Of a stretch of DNA of 64,000 bases, positions 8,917 to 17,493 are shown piece by piece (positions within the stretch are counted from its first letter, which is position 1; each line of letters opens with the position of its first letter). Location: assembly GCA_045863295.1 (NCBI GenBank), contig BTWA01000009.1, forward strand, positions 64,001 to 128,000, written 5' to 3'. The stretch is from Candidatus Hydrogenedentota bacterium (GTDB lineage Bacteria > Hydrogenedentota > Hydrogenedentia > Hydrogenedentales > SLHB01). The notes under the pieces are model-generated. The model saw only the letters and a list, made by a program, of their open reading frames with translations. It did no database searches and had not been told where the DNA came from. The position numbers were made by a program, and so were the translations under genes.

Positions 8917-11664
8917 ATGACGCTTCATTCTGCCGATATCTATCCCGAGCTTGATCTAATCAGTCATCCTGCCCGCCGGGAGCCTGCCTATGCCCGGGCG
9001 GAGAACAAGCGCGGCACGTTGGGCAACGGCTTCCTGGAAGTCCGCCTGTCGCTGGAGGGAAAACGGACCGAGTCCGCCACCATCGAAAACAAGTTGATAG
9101 GGGAGTCGTATCAACTTGCATTCAGTCCTGTCGAAGCGATTTGCGAAAGCGGCACCATATCGGCCGAGAGTTTCCGTGTGACCCAGGTTGAGTCGCGAGG
9201 ATCGAGCGATATGGCATCGCTCACGATTCACGGCGACTGCGGCTGGTTCAAGAGCTCCGTGTCGTACGTTGTTGCGCGGGGCGAGCACGTGATGCGCAAG
9301 ACGGTAGTGCTGCATGGTTTCACGCGCGAGGCGCGTGTTAACGAAGTATCGCTGTTCAAACACGAGGTGGATGCATCCTATGACCTGCGGGTGCACGACG
9401 CTGGGATGTTTTCGCCGGTTGTGTTTTTGCGCGGTGCAGACGGCGGCTTGTTTTTTTGTGCGGAGTTCCTTGGTTATTTTTCGGAGGTCAAGAATCGATC
9501 GCTCCGATTCTATTATTACCCGGCGCATGACGTAGTACCCGGGCACAGTTTCCGGTTGATGACCGCGTGCATCGGTGTTTATGGGCTCGTTGGCCGGCCT
9601 TACAGCAATCCTTATCACGAAACCGGGGCGGAGTTGGATGAAGGCGAGGCGTCCTGGTTTCGCGAGTACTTGATGCAGGGCGCTCCGCCGCAGGGTGCGC
9701 CGGTGGTAGAAGTCGCGGGATTTCCGTTTGGATTGGAAGGTCCGAGCGACCTTGAGACGCTGGATCAATGCGGCTGGTTTTCCGCGGAACGGGTTTATCT
9801 TCCGAATTTGCTACGCTCGCCGGCTTCGTATCCGCATCGTGCTTCAGTTTCGCACCGGCTGGGCGACGAGGGGATATCCGCCACGCTGGCGCTGGGTCAC
9901 GACATCCCGCAGAGCCTTCACTGGCTGGCGTTGTCACCGCATGGTTTGCCTGCGACGCCGGATGTTGGCGCCTGTTTTGGATTTGACGAGTTCCGCGACT
10001 ATTTGATTGATCGTTACCAGATGCTGCTCGAGCTGTACCGATTTCGGGACATCGAGGTAAGCGGCACTCCGATAGTGCCGTGCAGCAATCCGGGCCACGA
10101 CCATGGGTCGGGTCTGGAATCGTTGCAGAAGGCTTTTTGGGGGTTAATCGAAGTTGTCGCGGCCTTGCGAGAGAGCGTGGGGCATGTGGGTTGTTCCGGT
10201 CCGTATGCCGCCTATGGCGCGGGACTGGCTCGGATCTGCGACTGGATGACCGGTTTGGCCGATGCTCACCCTTTGCCCTTGCCCGACATTCATGTGGGCC
10301 GATTGTTTGCGGATATGAACCGGCTGTATTTTCGCCGGTCACATGCGTTCTTGCTTCCGCTGTGCAAGATGGGCAATACGATAGGCTTCTCGCCTGCCTC
10401 CAGTCCGTCCGCTCCTTACCCTGGCGCGGATCATTTTCCGTGGTACTGCTATCACGACAGTGCGGGCTGGCGCTATGCGGTATTGTCGGCCGTTGCGACG
10501 GGCCACAGGCATCGGATCTTCGCGGTGCCGGCGGATCTGGGCGAGGAGGATCGCGCGTTTGCCCGGCATTGGTTTGGGTGGCAGGCGCGCAACCTTTGTT
10601 CGCACCGTCATGTGCTTGAAATTCTGGATTGTCCCGGGCTTGGTAACGTGGACGGATATGCCTATGCGGATGCCCGCGGCGCAACCGTGTTTTTATTCAA
10701 CTGCTCGTATGACGAGCAGGATGTTCAGCTTCGTCCGCATCTTCACCGTGACGCGGACTACGTGTTTCGCGAAGTATATCCATGTGATCGGCTGTACCTG
10801 GGGCCTTCCAACGGATTGTTTCGCCGGGATAGCGTGTTGGGATTACGCTTGAAGCCGCGCGAGGCGCGCGTTGTTGAGATGGTTCGCCGATCGCCGGCAT
10901 CGGCGAAGCGCAAGCGTCCCGAGGTATTTGGATGTTCCTATCGGGAGGACGACGAGCACGTGGTCCTCCTGGGCGAGGCGGGATCGCGTTGCGATGTGGG
11001 TGTGCGGATGGGCGATCGGTATCAGGTACACGACATCCGTTTTCCTGGTACCGCGTTTCCACGTCATTTGCGCGATTGGACCTATACGGTGCGCGCGTAC
11101 CGCGATGGGGCCGAACAATTGCCCGCGGGACAGTTTCCCGGCAAGGTCTGCACGCCGGAGATGTTGGAGCGGCGCAACGTATGGCTGTATACGAAGTTGA
11201 ACGTGCCGCGCGAATATGCCAGCCGGATACATTGTTCTCCCTTTGAGTTGCAACGTCCGTGCTGGGCCTATCCGGATTGCCTGTTTTTTGTGGTACGGTT
11301 TGAAGGGCCGGCCATGTTTGATCCGATCCGGACGGGCACGGACGAAGTCGGCGTGCCGGAAGGGTACAAGACGCAAGTGCCCATCAAGTGCGGGATCGAT
11401 TTGGCGCCGCTCAATCTGGGCTTGCGTGCGTGGATCAACGGAGAGGAATGCACGGTACATTCCGCACTGGCGGCGTGGCGGGGTTTTTCCCCCAATGCCA
11501 ATCCCGTTACGGCGTACTTTTTCGAGGCCGGGAGCAAGTTGCGGTTTGGCCATCAGAACCATGTGGTATTGTTTGCGAACCGATTTGACGCGGGCGCGTT
11601 CAAAGGGATTATGATCGAGCATCTCCCCGAACTCCCGGCGGAACGCATTTTGGAAGTGAAGTGA
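8917..11664 (+). CDS. Large hypothetical protein, possibly a divergent glycoside-hydrolase-like multi-domain protein
   Basis: 915-aa ORF with AAGGAGG RBS. The beta-rich N-terminus (LGNGFLEVRL...IENKL) and 'ATVFLFN' domain resemble alpha-galactosidase-type architecture. Its stop overlaps the next gene (GTGA). Confidence 0.5.
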   Translation: MTLHSADIYPELDLISHPARREPAYARAENKRGTLGNGFLEVRLSLEGKRTESATIENKLIGESYQLAFSPVEAICESGTISAESFRVTQVESRGSSDMASLTIHGDCGWFKSSVSYVVARGEHVMRKTVVLHGFTREARVNEVSLFKHEVDASYDLRVHDAGMFSPVVFLRGADGGLFFCAEFLGYFSEVKNRSLRFYYYPAHDVVPGHSFRLMTACIGVYGLVGRPYSNPYHETGAELDEGEASWFREYLMQGAPPQGAPVVEVAGFPFGLEGPSDLETLDQCGWFSAERVYLPNLLRSPASYPHRASVSHRLGDEGISATLALGHDIPQSLHWLALSPHGLPATPDVGACFGFDEFRDYLIDRYQMLLELYRFRDIEVSGTPIVPCSNPGHDHGSGLESLQKAFWGLIEVVAALRESVGHVGCSGPYAAYGAGLARICDWMTGLADAHPLPLPDIHVGRLFADMNRLYFRRSHAFLLPLCKMGNTIGFSPASSPSAPYPGADHFPWYCYHDSAGWRYAVLSAVATGHRHRIFAVPADLGEEDRAFARHWFGWQARNLCSHRHVLEILDCPGLGNVDGYAYADARGATVFLFNCSYDEQDVQLRPHLHRDADYVFREVYPCDRLYLGPSNGLFRRDSVLGLRLKPREARVVEMVRRSPASAKRKRPEVFGCSYREDDEHVVLLGEAGSRCDVGVRMGDRYQVHDIRFPGTAFPRHLRDWTYTVRAYRDGAEQLPAGQFPGKVCTPEMLERRNVWLYTKLNVPREYASRIHCSPFELQRPCWAYPDCLFFVVRFEGPAMFDPIRTGTDEVGVPEGYKTQVPIKCGIDLAPLNLGLRAWINGEECTVHSALAAWRGFSPNANPVTAYFFEAGSKLRFGHQNHVVLFANRFDAGAFKGIMIEHLPELPAERILEVK

Positions 11665-12818
11665 GCACTCGTCCCCTGAAGATTTTATTGACTGACCCCC
11701 ATCTCAAAGGCGGGGGACAGGTACGCTATGTAGAGAAGCTGGCGAGTGAACTGACCCAGTTGGGGCATTCGGTTGCGATTGGCTGCAAGCGCGAGAGTGT
11801 GCTGGTGGAGTCCGCTCGTCTGGCGAAGTGCGGGTTGGTCAACCGGTTTCACTATCGTGGAGGACTGCGGCCTACGTGCTGGTTTGATGACGTGCGAACC
11901 GTGAAGGGGTACATCCAGGCTGAGGCGCCGGACATCCTCCATGCCAATGGATCGCAAGACCACTGGGTGAGCGCCATCGCCAATCGCTTGATGGGTTTCC
12001 CTGTGTGCATGGTACGGTCGCGGCACAACACCTACCCGGTCAGCGAAAATATTTTGAACCGGACGCTCAACCTGCGATGGACCGATTATCAAATCGCGGT
12101 GTGCGAAGAAGTGCGCGAGATGCGCATCTCGCGGCCCGTTTTCGACGCTGATCGGATGGCGTCCATCCACAATGGCGTGGATCCCGACGAATACAAGCCT
12201 GACGCGGAGGTGCGCAAGCGCGTGCGCGAGGAGTTTGGTTACACCAACGGGCAGGTTGTGCTGGGCATGGCGGCTCGTTTGACGGAAGCGAAAGGACACC
12301 GTTATCTGTTCGAAGCGGCAGTGGATTTGTCGAAGGCGTTTCCCAATGTTCGGTTGCTGTTACTGGGTCGTGGGGATCTGGAAAACGATCTCAAGGCAAT
12401 GGCACGGGAACTGGGCATCGACGGCATTACACACTTCGCGGGATTTCGCACCGACGTGGGTGATTGCATTCAGGCGTTTGATATAGGCGTCCAACCGTCC
12501 ATTGCGTGCGAGGCGTCGTCCTTCAGCGTGATGGAACAGATGGCCACGGAAAAACCGATCGTGGCATCTGACCATGGCGGCACGAAAGAGATCGTACGCG
12601 ACGGTATCGATGGACATATTGTTCGTCAGGGCGAGACTTTGCCGTTGATGGAGGCGCTGCGCTCACTTATTGCCGACGAAGAGAAGCGGCGGACCATGGG
12701 CCGTTCAGCGCGGACGCGCGTGGCTGACGAATTTTCCCTGGCCAAACTAGCGGAAAGGACAGTAGCGGCATACCGGCATGCGCTGGAGTTGCACCAGGCA
12801 CGGGGGACCAGACGTTGA
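11661..12818 (+). CDS. Glycosyltransferase family 4 (GT-B)
   Basis: GGGQ near the N-terminus, IHNGVD, ARLTEAKGH, E-x7-E (EASSFSVME) and SDHGG. Confidence 0.92.
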   Translation: MSTRPLKILLTDPHLKGGGQVRYVEKLASELTQLGHSVAIGCKRESVLVESARLAKCGLVNRFHYRGGLRPTCWFDDVRTVKGYIQAEAPDILHANGSQDHWVSAIANRLMGFPVCMVRSRHNTYPVSENILNRTLNLRWTDYQIAVCEEVREMRISRPVFDADRMASIHNGVDPDEYKPDAEVRKRVREEFGYTNGQVVLGMAARLTEAKGHRYLFEAAVDLSKAFPNVRLLLLGRGDLENDLKAMARELGIDGITHFAGFRTDVGDCIQAFDIGVQPSIACEASSFSVMEQMATEKPIVASDHGGTKEIVRDGIDGHIVRQGETLPLMEALRSLIADEEKRRTMGRSARTRVADEFSLAKLAERTVAAYRHALELHQARGTRR

Positions 12819-12943
12819 CACGGCGTGGAGCAGCCCGTGTGGACTATTTACCTTGTGGTCAAAACACAAGGACTGCGTGTGGGTTTCTTCCGAAAATCCA
12901 TTTCAAACTTTTCGGGGTATTCCCCGATGTGTCCGTTTAGATC

Positions 12944-14020
12944 ATGCGGATTCTCCATATAGACGAACAGACGGGTTGGCGCGGGGGCGAGCAGCAGGCG
13001 AGTTACTTAATTGCAGGGTTGGTGCGGCGCGGCCACGAATGCATTATTGCGGGCCGGCCCGGGTCCGAGTTCCTGAAGCGTGATCACGGCGCGCCGGATG
13101 CGCCCAGGCTGTCGTTGCCCATGCGTGGAGAGGCCGATGTAATCAGTGCATGGCGATTGGCCGCTTCGGCGCGCAAATACGGGATTGACATTCTCCATGC
13201 CCATTCCAGCCATGCGCATGCGCTGGCGATTCTTGCACGGGCGTTGGGTGCGCATGCAAAGGTTGTGGTTACGCGCCGGGTTGATTTTGTACCGAAGAAC
13301 CACTTGTTCAACCGCTGGAAGTATCGATCGCCGGATTTCACGGTCGCCATATCCGGACTTGTGCAACGGATACTGACGCGGATCGGTGTGCCTGAATCCC
13401 GGTTACGAGTTGTGTATAGCAGCATCGATCCCGCTCGGTTTGACGTGGAGCCTTTGCCTCGGGCGGCATTCGGAGTGCCTGACGACGTGCCATTGTTGGG
13501 TAACGTGGCGGCCTTGGTAGGGCACAAAGATCATGCGACGCTTTTGTCGGCCATGCCCGCGGTGTTAAAAGCCATTCCCCAATTGCACCTGATTATTGCG
13601 GGCGAAGGGCCACTGCGCCCGCACTTGGAATCGCAAATCGCCACGCTGGGACTGGGCCATGCCGTTCACCTGCTTGGCTATCGCAACGACGTTCCGCAGT
13701 TGTTGCGGACGATGGATGCCTTTGTCATGTCCAGCAAGGAAGAGGGGCTCGGTACCTCGATTCTGGATGCCATGTGCTGTGGAATTCCCGTGATTGCGAC
13801 GGCGGGCGGGGCCATTCCTGAAATCGTCAAACCGGGCGACACGGGGTACCTTGCCGAGGCACGAAACCCGGATTCACTGGCGAGGGAAATCATAATTGCA
13901 TTTGGCAATCCATTGGAGATGAAACGCCGGGCTGAATGCGCTCGGAGCATGGTGAGTGAATCCTTTTCCGTAGACTCGATGGTCGAAGACTATCTCCGAA
14001 TCTATATGCAACTGATGTAG
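12944..14020 (+). CDS. Glycosyltransferase family 4 (GT-B)
   Basis: WRGGEQQ, ALVGHKDH, EEGLGTSILDAM and GGAIPEIV. Confidence 0.92.
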   Translation: MRILHIDEQTGWRGGEQQASYLIAGLVRRGHECIIAGRPGSEFLKRDHGAPDAPRLSLPMRGEADVISAWRLAASARKYGIDILHAHSSHAHALAILARALGAHAKVVVTRRVDFVPKNHLFNRWKYRSPDFTVAISGLVQRILTRIGVPESRLRVVYSSIDPARFDVEPLPRAAFGVPDDVPLLGNVAALVGHKDHATLLSAMPAVLKAIPQLHLIIAGEGPLRPHLESQIATLGLGHAVHLLGYRNDVPQLLRTMDAFVMSSKEEGLGTSILDAMCCGIPVIATAGGAIPEIVKPGDTGYLAEARNPDSLAREIIIAFGNPLEMKRRAECARSMVSESFSVDSMVEDYLRIYMQLM

Positions 14021-14144
14021 ACCTACTGGATGCTTCTGCCCGCATACATGCGAAAATGGAATTACCACCCTTGATGCATGTACGATCAGGGTTACTCTAC
14101 GGCATTGAAATCACGTCAACCGGGTTTTAACCGCGCACACATCC

Positions 14145-16043
14145 ATGAGCATCGTACGCCTCGAAAATGTCCACAAATCCTACAACGCCAAACCTGTGTT
14201 GCGTGGAGTCTCCTTGCAGGTGGAGTCGGGGGATAAAATTGGTTTGATAGGCCGCAACGGCACGGGCAAAAGCACCATTTTCCGTTTGATATTGGGCGAC
14301 GCGGAGCCTGAGCAGGGCGTCATTGAGCGGATGCGCCGTGCTCGGGTGGCGTGTTTGGAGCAGCTGCCTGCGTTTAAGCCTGAGGCGACCATTTTTGACG
14401 TTGTGATGGAAGGGTTTCGCGAATTGCTCGATCTTGAGCACGAACTCAATGCCATGGGGGACCGGTTGGGCGATGGCGACGAGACGGCGCTCGCGCGGTA
14501 CAGCGAAAAGCTGGATGCCTTTCAGGCCAAAGGTGGGTATGAATTCCGGACAAATGCGAAGCGGGTGCTGCATGGGCTTGGGTTCACCGTGGACGATTTT
14601 AACCTTCACGCCAAGGCGCTGAGCGGCGGACAGCGCAGCCGCCTGATGCTTGCGCTGGTATTGTTGAAGGACGCGGATTTGCTGTTGCTTGACGAGCCGG
14701 AGAACCATCTTGATCTGGAAGCGCAAGAGTGGCTGGAGGACTTTCTTCAGGAATGGCCCCGCGCGCTCATGATCATTTCCCACGACCGGCGCACGTTGAA
14801 TGCGGTTTCGAACCGCATCATTGAAGTCGAACGGGGCGAGGTGAGGTGGTTTACGGGCAACTACGATGCCTACGTGGCGAACAAGGCGTTGATTCTGGAG
14901 CAGCAGCAGAAAGACTATGACCGGCAACAGAAGCACATTGACAAAGAGACGAAGTTAATCGACAAATTCCGTTACAAGGCATCCAAGGCTGCGTTTGCGC
15001 AAAGCCGGCTGAAGAAGTTGGAAAAGTTGGAATTGATCGATGCACCAGAGAGCGAGCAGCGCGCGGCGGTGTTCCGGTTGGGCGAAGTGGTGCGCAGCGG
15101 TGCGGTGGTGTTGGAGGCAAAGAATCTGTCGATGGCGTATGGAGCGCTCCAGCTTTACCGGGATGTGAAGTTTGCCATTGAGCGAGGCGAGCGCGTGGGC
15201 ATTGTCGGCCCGAACGGCGCGGGCAAGACCACGTTGTTGCGTCATTTGGCTGGCCGTCTGCCGGGCGGGTCCGGGGAAGTCCGTGTGGGTCACAAGGTGC
15301 AGGTGGGGTTCTACGATCAGCATCATGAGTCGATGAACCCCAACGGGGACGTGATGAGCGAGGTACACTCCGTGGATCCTGAACTGAAGCCCGAGGAAGT
15401 TAGGCGTTTCATGGGCCGGTTCCTTTTCACGGGTCAGGATGTGTTTAAGCCGATTGCCGTGTTGAGCGGTGGCGAATTGAGCCGGGTTGCATTGGCAAAG
15501 CTGATACTTGGCGGGTCCAATTGCATATTGCTCGATGAACCCACGAACCATTTGGATATTGCGTCGCGCGAGGCGTTGGAAGATGCGCTTTCCGAGTTTC
15601 CGGGCACGCTCGTCATGGTGTCTCACGATCGGGCACTGATAGATCGGTTGGTGGACAAGCTGATTATTCTTGAGCGCGGTACGGCTACCGTGCATTTGGG
15701 TAACTACACAAGCTACCGCTGGAAACTTTCCCAGACCCCCGATAGTGCACGGAAGACCGACAAGGACGAGGTGCTCAAGATTCGCCGGAACGATCCGGTG
15801 CAAAAGCAGAAGATCGACGAGAAAGAGCGGCGAAAGAAGCGGAAAGAACTGGAGAGTCTCGAGCGGGATATTGCTGCCATGGAAGAGACTCTCGAGGATT
15901 TTGACAAACGGTTTTTGAATATCGATCCCGCGGACTACGAGGGGGCGCGCAAGCTCAAAGATGACTATGACGGCCTCAAGCGCGATTTGAGCGAGTTGTA
16001 CGAAAGCTGGGAAGTGCTCGCCTCCGAGGTCGATCAGAAGTAG
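14145..16043 (+). CDS. ABC-F family ATP-binding protein (Uup/YheS-like) with C-terminal coiled coil
   Basis: Two NBDs (GRNGTGKST/LSGGQ/DEPENHLD and GPNGAGKTT/LSGGE/DEPTNHLD); no TM segments. Confidence 0.95.
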   Translation: MSIVRLENVHKSYNAKPVLRGVSLQVESGDKIGLIGRNGTGKSTIFRLILGDAEPEQGVIERMRRARVACLEQLPAFKPEATIFDVVMEGFRELLDLEHELNAMGDRLGDGDETALARYSEKLDAFQAKGGYEFRTNAKRVLHGLGFTVDDFNLHAKALSGGQRSRLMLALVLLKDADLLLLDEPENHLDLEAQEWLEDFLQEWPRALMIISHDRRTLNAVSNRIIEVERGEVRWFTGNYDAYVANKALILEQQQKDYDRQQKHIDKETKLIDKFRYKASKAAFAQSRLKKLEKLELIDAPESEQRAAVFRLGEVVRSGAVVLEAKNLSMAYGALQLYRDVKFAIERGERVGIVGPNGAGKTTLLRHLAGRLPGGSGEVRVGHKVQVGFYDQHHESMNPNGDVMSEVHSVDPELKPEEVRRFMGRFLFTGQDVFKPIAVLSGGELSRVALAKLILGGSNCILLDEPTNHLDIASREALEDALSEFPGTLVMVSHDRALIDRLVDKLIILERGTATVHLGNYTSYRWKLSQTPDSARKTDKDEVLKIRRNDPVQKQKIDEKERRKKRKELESLERDIAAMEETLEDFDKRFLNIDPADYEGARKLKDDYDGLKRDLSELYESWEVLASEVDQK

Positions 16044-16046
16044 TCC

Positions 16047-16565
16047 TTATTCGCCGGGTTCGATTTTGGGTAGGGCCGTTTCTGATGGTTCACCGGATTC
16101 CGTATTGTCCTGCACCCGTTTCCAGACCGTGGTTTTGCCGAATGCAGGCAGACCGACGTAGCCACGGACATGGAGCGTGTCCGGGGCCGGCAATGACATT
16201 ACGCTGTCATACGTATTGCCGTGGTAGGCGTCGTAAATCGAGCCCTCATTCCATGATTCCTTGCCGTCAAACGAGAATCCATAGAAGAGCACGAGACCGA
16301 TGATCGGATCATCATGGCGTGTCTTGTCCGGGTTTGCTTTATCGGTTTTGGGCTTGCCTTCGTCCGGGTGGCCTTTGGGGTAGTTGGGTTCCTTCATCCA
16401 GACGATTTTTCCCTCATACCTTCCGTTATCGTTCTTGTACACCTGTACCCGCGCGCCGCCGTTTTCAGCTTCCCATAACCCGAGTACATCGTCATCGGAA
16501 ATGGCGAAACCTTGAGCACATGTGAGGCATAGCAAGAGTGCCGCAATGGTGTGTCTGTACATCAT
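16047..16565 (-). CDS. Secreted DUF2147 family protein
   Basis: Signal peptide; GLW, YEGKIVW, D.ANPD, IIGL, GSIYD...G.TY and LHVRGYVG...GKTTVWKR. Confidence 0.88.
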   Translation of the reverse strand: MMYRHTIAALLLCLTCAQGFAISDDDVLGLWEAENGGARVQVYKNDNGRYEGKIVWMKEPNYPKGHPDEGKPKTDKANPDKTRHDDPIIGLVLFYGFSFDGKESWNEGSIYDAYHGNTYDSVMSLPAPDTLHVRGYVGLPAFGKTTVWKRVQDNTESGEPSETALPKIEPGE

Positions 16566-16636
16566 GTCGATCTTTTCCGGTTTTGTGTTTCGTTCCGATG
16601 CATTCAGAATTGTCGCGGGGATATGTCAATTGCGAC

Positions 16637-16671
16637 AAAAAAAGCCGCTCCGGCGTACAGGCCGAAGCGGC
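16637..16671 (-). terminator. Rho-independent terminator between the DUF2147 paralogs
   Basis: Minus strand GCCGCTTCGGC-ctgtac-GCCGGAGCGGC (one G-U pair) followed by T7. Confidence 0.8.
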
Positions 16672-16688
16672 AGTAAGGCGACTTGATT

Positions 16689-17249
16689 TTATTTTGCCGG
16701 GGCGCTTTGTTCCTGGGGTGCGGCGCTTTGGGTTGCGGCGTCAGTTTTTTCCTTTTCCAGGACTTCTTTGGGTACTCGTTTCCAGACGGTGGTGCGGCCC
16801 AGTGCAGGGATACCGAGGTATCCTCGCACATTCAGCGTGTCTGCGCCGTCGAGCGTCATCATGCACTTGTAAGTCTTTCCGTTTTCGGGGTCGTATACCG
16901 TGCCGCCTGACCAGGTTTCTCCGTCAAAGTCGAACCCCTGCACCAGATTCAGTCCAATAATGGGATTATTGTGTTTTTCCGGATCGGGATTGTTTTGATC
17001 GGTTTTGGGCTTGCCTGCGTCTTTGTGTCCCTCTTCGTAGAGGGGATCTTTCAGCCATACGATTTTGCCGTGGTACTTATTTTCCTTATCTTTGTAGACT
17101 TCTACGCGGGCGCTGTTGCCGTCCGTATACCAAATACCGAGTACATCGTCCGGACCTGGGGCGGCAAAAGCCCAGGGAGCCAGAGTCACTGAGAAGCCGA
17201 CGGCCACAAGCAGCATGGTTGCACGAGTACGCACAGGGAAATCCTCCAA
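16689..17249 (-). CDS. Secreted DUF2147 family protein (paralog)
   Basis: Signal peptide; GIWYT, YHGKIVW, DQNNPDP, VYDPENGKTYKC and LNVRGYLG...GRTTVWKR. The true start may lie a few codons downstream. Confidence 0.88.
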   Translation of the reverse strand: MEDFPVRTRATMLLVAVGFSVTLAPWAFAAPGPDDVLGIWYTDGNSARVEVYKDKENKYHGKIVWLKDPLYEEGHKDAGKPKTDQNNPDPEKHNNPIIGLNLVQGFDFDGETWSGGTVYDPENGKTYKCMMTLDGADTLNVRGYLGIPALGRTTVWKRVPKEVLEKEKTDAATQSAAPQEQSAPAK

Positions 17250-17493
17250 TTGAATCGTCGTAACACCTGTTTTGACGCCGAGCTACCCGAAACGGTTTAC
17301 AGGATAATACGGAAGGAATCCACCGAACGGCAAGCGGGACGTGGGTGTGTCTTTTAGAATCGGTATGGACGTACATATGCCACGACGGACGCCGCCACGG
17401 CGAATTTGACTGGTTGTGATTATCTTGTTTTGGGCTGACGCCAGAACGCATCATGGTTCGGGCACGATTCATTCAACGAGAGGGCGAGCCGAC

